Virus record (IMG/VR): IMGVR_UViG_3300042868_009074 | Span: 62,001 to 126,000 of that record | Length of the DNA stretch: 64,000 bases | Strand: one strand, 5' to 3' | In this document: piece by piece, positions 28,250 to 38,300 of the stretch | How positions within the stretch are numbered: position 1 is the stretch's first letter | Layout of the letters: every line of letters begins with the position of its first letter | Translations under genes and position numbers: made by a program | The notes under the pieces: model-generated | Database searches by the model: none | What the model was told of the DNA's origin: nothing | The model's input: the letters and a program-made list of their open reading frames with translations, nothing else

Positions 28250-30469
28250 TTATGTTGTGGTTGAAGAGGCATTATTTTGCAATAATGTACTAGTTGTTTC
28301 GGCAAATGTTTGTGAGTTTTTAAACTTAATTTTATAAGAATTCAAAACTGGTGTCTCCAAAGGATTTGCTCCTCTTGAAAAATCTGCCCTTAACCTTATT
28401 TTGCCAATTGCAGTAGGACTATTGGTAAAATAGAATATTCTAGAATTTGACTTTATGTTCTTCTTGCTGAGGATCTCTTTATTACCAAAAACATTATCTA
28501 TAGTAAAGACATTATCTGTTGAGGATCTATTGAATCTTAGCTCCAATGGATCGACATAGGTGTAGTACTGGCTATAAACAACTCCATAGTTCAGAATTGA
28601 ATATGTGTCCATAAGGGAGATGGAACCATTAGCGCTACCTGTAGCGTCTATGGTTACTTTAATTCTGTTAATTCCCTTTTGTAATCTCCACTCTATTGTA
28701 TCATAGTCTTTGCCTGAGGGAATAGAATGCGCTGTGTCGTTTATATAAATGCCAACATTCCAAGCCTGGGAGGTCTGATCTTCTTTAACAAATCTATGAG
28801 ATGCAACAATATCATTTGCACAGTATAGTTTAAAGTCTAATATTATACTTACGTTACTTAAATTTGGACCTTGAAAAAATGATGAGTTTGATGATATCTC
28901 AAAAGGAGGAAGTGTATAAGACCTTCTTCTATCTAACCCATTTAATATAGAGTTCCACGTGGTTAGTCCATTAACTTCATTGTATATATTTCCAGAGTAA
29001 GTCACATAACTTCCCGTAACATAATTCACTCCCTCTAATATATAGGGGCTATAAGGGCTATCGAACTGAGGAATTCTTGCTATTCTATAAATTGGGATAC
29101 CAGAATATATAGATTGAGTTGGATTCTCTTCATTAATATTAGATGTTTGAGTAGAAAGAGCCAAAGGAATTTTAGCTACATCTTTTCTTTCATCTGTTAC
29201 AGAATCTAATATTCTTAAAGTATTAACATTAGATCCTTTTAAGTTAACAGTAGAAGAAAAAGAACTATTAACATCAAAAGGCTTAGCTATAGGTATCCAG
29301 TTATAGTCTAAGATAGAGACTTCATTACCCTTATCTTCCGCTATATAATAAGTAATTGATCCATTTGCAGCATTTGTTTCTTCGGCTGTTAGAGTTACGG
29401 CATCTATAACTAAGTTCTTATTATCCGAAGTAGCTAATGATATTGGCTCTGTTATTAATGACCCAGACTTATCATAATACTGTCCACTAATATTTATATC
29501 TCTAATCCCAAATCTATACTTATATTTTTTAGCTGAAGCTGCGTCAACATAATCTGGATCTACTTTTAGTAAAACTAAATCTATTGAAGAAACTGCTCCA
29601 GATTTAAAATCAAATGAAAAAGTATCATAATCAAAAGTGGATTTTTTAGACTTTACCTCAGAATTAGTACCATTTGAATAATTAATTTTAGCATATATAT
29701 CCGTTGGGGAAACCGTATTTAACCTTCCTTCTATCTTTGATACAGAAGTAGTATTAGATATTGGTATATTTATACTAAGGGTTACTAATCCAATCTCATT
29801 AAAATCAAAAACTTTATGCCACTCTGTGTTGGACAGTCCGTCGAATACAGAGCCAAAGAAGGATGAATCGTCAAATGGCTTATTAGAATCTACCAATTGC
29901 CTATTATATGATAATGTATACCTTGGACTATTTGAAGTAACTATATTTGTTGAAAGCATATCAAATACTGCAGAGTTTAATTTTGGTAAAGTTACTTTTT
30001 TATTTATAGTGTCTAAGTAGATCGAAGAAAGATTATAGTCTATATTTTTTCCATTAGAAAAGTTATCAGTTATAGAAGCGTAGAATCCATCAGAATTTTG
30101 ATTTGAGTAGATATGGTCATCTATTTTAGATTCTAATTCCGCTCTTCTTTTTCTTAAATTATCAATTCTATTGTTTAGTGCATTAATCACATCAAACATT
30201 TGTTCTGAATTTTCAAAAATAGAATCATAAAGATTTTCAATATTTAATAGGGAATGCGCCATTCTCTCGTTCATTAAGTCAACATTACTGTATGCCGTAG
30301 ATCTGAATAGCTCTGGCCTTAAAGGTATCGGGCTTCCTGGCTCGTAATTAGAAAAATATTTAGAAAATAAATCTAGAAGATCTTTTTCTGTTGGCTTATA
30401 ACCAGCAGCAAAAAAGTTTTTGTAAACTGTATCTAAGAATTTCTTTTTTTGTATGGAACTTATTGTCAT
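28250..30469 (-). CDS. Putative virion structural protein
   Basis: 739 aa, helical N-terminus then beta-rich; ends TPVLNSYKIK like its neighbour. Confidence 0.7.
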   Translation of the reverse strand: MTISSIQKKKFLDTVYKNFFAAGYKPTEKDLLDLFSKYFSNYEPGSPIPLRPELFRSTAYSNVDLMNERMAHSLLNIENLYDSIFENSEQMFDVINALNNRIDNLRKRRAELESKIDDHIYSNQNSDGFYASITDNFSNGKNIDYNLSSIYLDTINKKVTLPKLNSAVFDMLSTNIVTSNSPRYTLSYNRQLVDSNKPFDDSSFFGSVFDGLSNTEWHKVFDFNEIGLVTLSINIPISNTTSVSKIEGRLNTVSPTDIYAKINYSNGTNSEVKSKKSTFDYDTFSFDFKSGAVSSIDLVLLKVDPDYVDAASAKKYKYRFGIRDINISGQYYDKSGSLITEPISLATSDNKNLVIDAVTLTAEETNAANGSITYYIAEDKGNEVSILDYNWIPIAKPFDVNSSFSSTVNLKGSNVNTLRILDSVTDERKDVAKIPLALSTQTSNINEENPTQSIYSGIPIYRIARIPQFDSPYSPYILEGVNYVTGSYVTYSGNIYNEVNGLTTWNSILNGLDRRRSYTLPPFEISSNSSFFQGPNLSNVSIILDFKLYCANDIVASHRFVKEDQTSQAWNVGIYINDTAHSIPSGKDYDTIEWRLQKGINRIKVTIDATGSANGSISLMDTYSILNYGVVYSQYYTYVDPLELRFNRSSTDNVFTIDNVFGNKEILSKKNIKSNSRIFYFTNSPTAIGKIRLRADFSRGANPLETPVLNSYKIKFKNSQTFAETTSTLLQNNASSTTT

Positions 30470-32692
30470 ACTTGCTCAACCTTTGCAGATAATTTGTATG
30501 AGTGTAAAATAGGTGATATATTAGAACTTGTTGGTTTATTGAATTCTATTTTTACTCTTATTTTTCTAATTTCTCTTGGAACTTTAGGATAGTTAAAATA
30601 TGATACTCCAGGTATTCGGATTGAGCCTTCTACGTTCTCGTTGAAAGACAGTATTTCCGGTATGCCTGAAAATGGATTCTCTATTGGAGAAATTGAAATC
30701 CAATTATTGCCATCATCAGTAGATATATAATACCTTATGTTGTTAATGTCACCAATTGTAGTGCTACCGGTAACTTTATTTGAAGTTTCTGAACTTATCA
30801 TTAATTTTTTTAGATTATATGGAAATTCAAAAGACTTTGAAACTATTTCACCTACATTTGAATATATGTTGTAATGTGGTTGAATAGAGTTGATCGATAT
30901 AGTCCATTTCTTTGCATTGTAAAGCTCGTATTGTTTTTCTAGATTTACATCTTTAGTAAATCTTTGATCTCTGATGTCTAACGTGACTTCTTCTGGCACC
31001 ATATTTAAAAAGTTGATTGCCTGTAGCGCATTTGTAACAAATCCACTCTTTATATATGTTATCTTAGTTTCTGCTGATGTAATGCTGTCGTATCTTTCGG
31101 CATTGGCGATCGACAGTGTTGGTATGTATCTAGTGTCGACTTGAGCTAATGCAGGGTTTAGATAGCTTCCTACTACAGGTTTTCCGTTTATTTGACTTAA
31201 ACCCTTACCTTGAAAATAAACATCAAATGTATTTGGAGTTGCCCATGCTTGTCCTGGAGTTGGTGTTGCGTGATTTATATATTGGCTATATTTGATAACG
31301 TGTTTGGTCAAATATTCATGAGGAAGTACCGCACTTACCCTAACCATTTTTGTAGATTCATTTGTATTTAATTTAAACTGATTGGGTGTTTTAATTCCAG
31401 GTATTAGCTCAGACACATTGTATGAAACTTGTTCATATCCAGTTGATGCTAAAATTTCTGGATTAAACCTACTTTGATTTCTAAACTCTATGGCAGTGGT
31501 AGTAGAAGGTTTCCAGTATAAGTGCTTTACCTTTACATTATTATAGAATTTCTGTTTAAAGTAAACTTTTATAAACTTTGTTTTAATCTCTGGAAAATCA
31601 ATAACGCATTGTTCATAATTGTAATTCTTCATTGATTCTATGGTTTGAGGAACAATGGTATTCCCTATAAAAATTGAACTAGAAATTAAATCTACTACCT
31701 CATTAGTATCTGAATTTACTGCAATTACTTTGTATATTTCTACTTCTGGATATATCATGTCTGCCTGACCGAAAAATGGAACTACTGTTAAGGAATTCAT
31801 TTTTTGCGAACGTTCAGATTCAAGAATTAAAGTCAAATTTAAAGATTGGTCTAAGCCATGATTCGCCCAAGAAGAATACTGAGTTACATCTTGATTATTT
31901 ATTTTTGTTTGTTTAGAATAAAAAAATTCAAACTCTTTAGCTCCGCGTGATGCTCTTTCGCTTGTTGGTATATTTATAGCTTCATACTCAAAGTATGTAT
32001 CTGGTATGTCGTCTATTATGTTTCCTATTAGACCAACTCTAGGGTCTTTTTCAAAATAGTATTTTGTATTAGTATCTACATTTTGAGTATCAAAGACAGC
32101 ATGGTTGTTACCTATCAGTCCATTTGAGTCTTCCTGGTCAATTGATATAGTGCTGACTAACCAAGGTATGGTATTGATTATTGGGAGTTTTGCTGATCCG
32201 TCTTTGACAAGAGCCATTCTATTTGATTTAATTTTATTAATATCTATAAAATCTAGATTGTCAAAAGAATCGCCCATATAGTAGAGATCATTACCAGGGC
32301 TATTTGAGTACATTTGGAGTATGGATACTTTAGACTTGATTCTATTAGTAAAACTTATTTCCTTATCTATTTCTGTATTAAAAAGATTATAGGTGCTTAC
32401 AATCTGCGCACTCTGATAGTCAAGCTGCTTAGCTATTATATTTAGGTCTGAGGCTACACTATTTACGAATTCGTTAAACTTAGAAGATACAGATGGTTCT
32501 CCGCTTTATATATGGGTCATATTTAGATATCTGCAATCCAGAATATCTATCGATATCTGATATAAGCTTATTGTACTGTTCTGACATTTCTTGATATGTA
32601 GAAAATTCATTTTTGTCATACTTAGACAAAAAAGACTGAATATTCTTAACCAATTGATCATAGAATACCGTATTAAAAGATAATTGAGCCAT
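30466..32692 (-). CDS. Putative virion structural protein, 741 aa, needs +1 recoding at CGGA 32500-32503
   Basis: MAQLSF...DPYIK-G-EPSVSSKFNEF..., open through to the 615-aa ORF; start abuts the upstream stop. Confidence 0.8.
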
Positions 32693-32693
32693 A

Positions 32694-35339
32694 TTATAAT
32701 CCTAACATTTTTTCAGAAAATGAATCTAAGTTATTTAATTTCATTTTTACAATAACATTATCTACTGATCCAGGTGAAGATAAGTTATTATAATTATTTC
32801 TAATTATCAATTTAAATCTTATTTTATTGTTAATATAATTATATATAACATTAAAAGGTTGAAGAATTTGTTTATTAAAAATAATATTTTTTCCATTTTG
32901 ATAAAACAATACTTCACTTGTTTCGTAAAATGAAGTTTTTTCAAAGTTTCCTTTTACATAATTTGTCAAGTTTACAGCATACGATCCATCAGATAACTTT
33001 ACCTTTATAGGGCTGTACGAATTATTGTTTAAAGAATTTATAGTGCCCATTCCGGAGGTGTACGATGCAGTTGAGTACTGATCGTAATCTATATATGGTA
33101 ATTGATCTATTGTAACAGAATTATTGGAGTCTGTTTTTACAAAATACTGACCTTGAGATACACCTGAAGACATAGTTGATATTGGAGTATCTGAATATAG
33201 TAATGATATATCTATGTAGTTTTGAGAATAATTACTATCATCGAAATCATATTCAGAAACGTAGATATTATTTTCATTAAAATTAGGTATAAATATAGAA
33301 GAATTAGACACGTTCACAGAATACTGATTAGGGTTTAATAAAATTCCATTTTCATACACTCGTAAAGAGATTGACTTAGGATGAAATCTCAATACGGCAG
33401 TTTTGCTTGTCTTGTTAACAAATAGTACTTCCGAAGATATTTTATCTGCATCATAGGGTATTATTGGTATCCAGTCATTTTCTTGAATTGGATTTTCTTT
33501 AACAGAAAAAGATAACTCATATGAATTTGCGCTTTTTAAGTCTTTAAGATTATTGTTAATTATATCTAGATTTTTATCTACATTAACCTTTGCTTTTAAT
33601 GCCAATATTTTTCCATTAACTGGAATTTTTTTACTAATAAATATTGCTTTATTGTTATAGTCAGCATCTTGTAATGAAGAAAATATTGTTTTACAAAATT
33701 GTATTGACTTTATAGAAAAATTATACTGATAAGAATTAACTTGGTCTTGAGATCCAAGAATTGCTCCGTTATTTTCAAAATTAAGACCAGGGATAATGGC
33801 GTCTGAGCTTCCGGATAACAACGAGTCTCTTGAGTTTGCATTTGACTGTGGTAAAAATCCAGAATTATTCATAGAAGAAATCATTCCATGAGTAGGCGCT
33901 GATCTAGAATCAATAAACATCGTATTATTTATTAAGTTAAATCTTGGTCCGAGAAAATGAAGCACTACTGATTCGGCCATCCTTGAAAGGATAGTTGTAT
34001 TTCTCATGCCATTACTGACGTCTATCTCTTCCTTTGATATGTTAGTGTCCCTAATGCTAGAGTAAACAGTACCTTCCTTTATCGAAGATTGTATTGGATA
34101 TTTATACGTATAATATTCACTATATAAATATTGATTTCTTTTAGCTTCATCAATTGAAGTATTTTTTCTAAAAAAACTTAGAACTAGATCTTGAAAAACA
34201 TTGTGGTCTTTGCTCTTGATCTTTCTATTCTGCATAATGACTTCATGCAGCGCCCTAGCTGTAGCCTCATTACTGGAAGCAACTTGTTCACTTCTAGTGT
34301 AGGTGTCTTGATTAAATATTAAAATTACCTTTTTTACCTTAGACAAAGGAAATGGTATATCGACATTTGAAGACAAACTAATAGGATTGTTTAATAATTT
34401 TTTCAAAGTAAATCCAGAACCAGGAACTGAGGAATTGGATGACTGTTGATCGGCGCTCAAAACTGAAGACTCTATAGCAACCTGCATTAAGGATAATCCA
34501 TCTGACAAATTAGGTGATATTTTAATTGAATCCATTTCTGTATTCTTATTTAATTCAAATTCTACTATAGTTTTTGCGCCCAATAAAGAAGAGTAGTCAT
34601 AGGATATATATTTTTCAATATCCATAGGAAGAGAAGTTAGTATAACTGGAGACTTAACAGAGACACTCCATACCTTAGAATGTTGCGCATCAAATAATTT
34701 TTCCGGGTCGGATGAAGAAGATGCATACTGTGCATAATTTGTCTTTATACTAGTAGACTTAATTAGCCCAACTGCATTTATATACTGAATTGAATCACCT
34801 ATTTTAAATATGCAACTAGATTGATCTACTTGACCGCCACCTGAGATATTACTTGGTAAAGTTGTTCCATCCCTGTCTACATATGGGACTACTACTGAAT
34901 CATACTCATTTGATCCAAGCATATTGTCAAAATTTTCTATATAAGAAAAATTAAATAGGTCGTCTTTTCCTGAGATAAAATTATAGTTATTTATAAAATT
35001 TTCTAGATAACCTATATCTTGTTCTAGTTTTGCTATTCTAGCCAACATAGTATCGGTTAATGAGTTAGCCAATATGCTAATGCCATTACTTGCTTGAAAG
35101 TATCTACTAAACCTGAGATCTAAATCCCTAAACAAATCTACTAGATTCTCAGCGCTAATAGTACTCAGAGGTCTAATCGCAACAGGAGCATAGTCTGCTC
35201 CACCCTGAAAGTTTGAAACAGTTCTCACTAGTTCTGAAAATTGAGCCTTATCTGCTTTTACGTTCTTTATTAAAGAACCTATAGTCTGCCTAGACTTTGT
35301 TGCAAATGTTGTTATTGTATTTGGAAGATAGTTTAACAC
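32694..35339 (-). CDS. Putative virion structural protein
   Basis: 881 aa, GTG start, same architecture as the downstream paralogs. Confidence 0.7.
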   Translation of the reverse strand: MLNYLPNTITTFATKSRQTIGSLIKNVKADKAQFSELVRTVSNFQGGADYAPVAIRPLSTISAENLVDLFRDLDLRFSRYFQASNGISILANSLTDTMLARIAKLEQDIGYLENFINNYNFISGKDDLFNFSYIENFDNMLGSNEYDSVVVPYVDRDGTTLPSNISGGGQVDQSSCIFKIGDSIQYINAVGLIKSTSIKTNYAQYASSSSDPEKLFDAQHSKVWSVSVKSPVILTSLPMDIEKYISYDYSSLLGAKTIVEFELNKNTEMDSIKISPNLSDGLSLMQVAIESSVLSADQQSSNSSVPGSGFTLKKLLNNPISLSSNVDIPFPLSKVKKVILIFNQDTYTRSEQVASSNEATARALHEVIMQNRKIKSKDHNVFQDLVLSFFRKNTSIDEAKRNQYLYSEYYTYKYPIQSSIKEGTVYSSIRDTNISKEEIDVSNGMRNTTILSRMAESVVLHFLGPRFNLINNTMFIDSRSAPTHGMISSMNNSGFLPQSNANSRDSLLSGSSDAIIPGLNFENNGAILGSQDQVNSYQYNFSIKSIQFCKTIFSSLQDADYNNKAIFISKKIPVNGKILALKAKVNVDKNLDIINNNLKDLKSANSYELSFSVKENPIQENDWIPIIPYDADKISSEVLFVNKTSKTAVLRFHPKSISLRVYENGILLNPNQYSVNVSNSSIFIPNFNENNIYVSEYDFDDSNYSQNYIDISLLYSDTPISTMSSGVSQGQYFVKTDSNNSVTIDQLPYIDYDQYSTASYTSGMGTINSLNNNSYSPIKVKLSDGSYAVNLTNYVKGNFEKTSFYETSEVLFYQNGKNIIFNKQILQPFNVIYNYINNKIRFKLIIRNNYNNLSSPGSVDNVIVKMKLNNLDSFSEKMLGL

Positions 35340-35340
35340 G

Positions 35341-38300
35341 TTAGGCCTTTCCCCAATCGACGCCGTCCATGTCTTGTAGCTTGTAAGCTACACCAGCTGT
35401 TAGGTTTCTTTCTATTATACTATATATTTCTTCTGGATTTTCAAAATTATTAATAACTTCCTTAGGAAGTCTTATTATAACAAAACCGCCCTTAGGATAA
35501 GAATGCTGCAAGGGAGGATAGATATCCCAAAAGGATAAAGATTCTTTTATATCACTTAATAGTTTATTTATTCCAAGATCTCCGTATACTCCATTAGACG
35601 TAGAGTCTGAAGACTTAACGCCACCACCTCTAATTCTCATATCCTGCAATGTTATATCTTTAGCTTTAAAGTTATTCATTACATGTATAACAGCAATTGG
35701 TAAGGCAAATGGGTCAAAGTTTACGGAATCATAGGGATCAAAAATTGAATTATCATACGTAAAGTTTATTGGTGTATCATAATTGTAATTTTCAAATAAT
35801 CTCCAAGTATAGCTAGAAGTATTACTGGTCCTATATTCTATTTTAACTGGCTTAATGTAAATGTAAAGAGCTTTATCTGATTCTATTATGTCCTTATTCA
35901 AAAATGGATTTATAGGTATTGGATTTCCGTTTATTTGTTTTAAAGGTATTCCATTTGATACAACTGTATAATCAACGCAAATTAATAATGGGTTAGATGG
36001 AACTATGGTGTCGTAGAAATCTATTATTCCTGTATTGCAATCTATATTTTTTATAGAAGAATTTGGAATTATTTTCCAGTCACTATCACTAATTGAGTCT
36101 TTAACTTTTACTTTTATAATTGATTTTATATATCCAACATTATTATATGATGGCTCATTAATTGAAGCTATCGGAGTTGAAGAAAGTTGTATTTTTCTTG
36201 AAGAAATAATATTTGGAACTTCTTCTACTACATCAATATATGGTCTTCCGAGGAATTTAGACCATGGAATATTTTTCATGGATAATGTTGAATAAGTTGC
36301 TCTTAAAGTCTGTTTTTTATAATTTTTTAATATATCTGTCCAACCATAAGAAGGGTCTATGTAAAAATCTTTAATAAAAGAACCAGAAGATATATAAAGT
36401 GGCCATTGATTAAACTTAGAAGTTTTTCTTTCTATAGAATTAACTCTTATCTTTGTTGAGTTTTTGTATACAACAGAATATACTGGATAAGCTGCTTTCA
36501 TCGGTATTGAAACGGGATTGATAGTAGTTGCCGTTCTTTGCCCTATAAAGTCTACTGAAGTCCCCATATTTCCATCTGCGTCTGTGGCTAAAACTCCGAT
36601 GTATATATTATTAGGACCTCTATTCTGGTATTCTAAGTAAGTTAATACTGAGCCTAAAAATTCTTTTCTTAAATTGTCGTAATAGCCGTAAATATAACCA
36701 CTTGTATCGGCAATCGAGTTAGACAGAATTAAAGATCCGTAGTCTATATTTATCTCTTGATTTACGCTTGGAGTCAAGGAAACTGGTGCCGGTAATACCC
36801 CTATTGGTTTTCCTACTATTCCTGGTGCTTCACTAGGTTGGCACAGTAACAATAAACCATCTAATACAGTAATTGTATTTTTTGAGTTTTTTATTAAAGA
36901 CCCATCTTGTTTTAGCATCCAGTAGCTAGAAACCGGTGCAGGAATACTATTTTGATAAATACCATTTTGGTAGTTCAAAGCTGAAGTAGAGAGAGTCAAG
37001 TTATTGGCAGTTACTACTGCTGATATATTAGATGTACTTCCTATAGATCCGCTAGAGCTTGTTACTGCAGTTACAACTGGATTAGAAACTGTAAAAACTA
37101 GATCTCTATAATTCAATGTAACGTTTGTATCGTAAGTATTAGTGCCGTTTACTGAATGATATGCTAGTGATTTAGTCGAATTAAAATCTATAGTAGTCAA
37201 CGTGGCATCAGAAACTATTTGGTCTGCGTCGTTTGTATAGGTTAATAGTATGTTACTAACCGTATAGGGGGAATCGGTTACTTTTCTTCCAGTTAAATCT
37301 ATAGTTTTTGGAGAGTTAACATTAACATCGTTTTTTGTTCCTGATATTTTAAAGGAAACTGAAAATGGTTTTGTGAATGTTGGCAGTAATGTTTCTACTG
37401 CTGCTGGTGTTACTGCTGGAGCTTGATCATATGATATTCCAAAAGATATATTATCTACAGAATAACCTTCAGCTTTTGTTCCAAATATTCCACCAAGAGA
37501 CCTTCCCTCTAAGGTTATACCAACCCATACGTAAGAAGAGTCTAGTCTATTTACTGGGAATTCCTTAGAGTCCTTAAAGAATAGAGTATCTTTTTTAATG
37601 AGACTAAATTGAGATCCATTTGGTTTACCGTTAGATTTAGCTTTATAAGCTTTAATGGATATTATTTTAATTCCCTGATAAGAACTGGCTCCATCAAAAT
37701 CTCCAGGAGTTATTCTTATAGAAGTAAGCTTTGCATTAAGCGTCGTTGAACTAGCTTCCGTATTGTACTTTTTTGGAATTCTTACATATATAGTGTCCCT
37801 AATAGTTCCTTTTGGTCCATCTTTTCTAGATCCACTAAAACTAATTCTTCTATAACTCTTATCAGAATCAGATAGTTCTGATATTTCTGGGTTATGATGT
37901 TCTGCTATATATTTAATTACTTCTGGGTCTTGTTTTCTAATCTTAGCAACCGCTGCATCAAATGCTTTTCTATTGTTTTTATACAGATCTTTCCACACTC
38001 TTATGAGGTAAGATTTAGTCTCACTGTCCACTCCTCCTTCGGTGTATATCTCATCTTTTTGTTTTTGAAATATAGACATAAATGATTTAGTCTGAGCACC
38101 GAATGCTCCATCTATTTTAATTCCCTTAATTGATGCAATTCCAGAATAGGCCAAAGTATATTGTATATATTTTACGTATTCTCCACTTTTTCTATCCTCA
38201 GGATCTGTTCCATACTGAAGAAAATATTTATTGATGTTTATATCACCACTATAAAAAAAGTTATTTTTTGGAGTACTTATTCTCTGCTCTGAAGGTAAAT

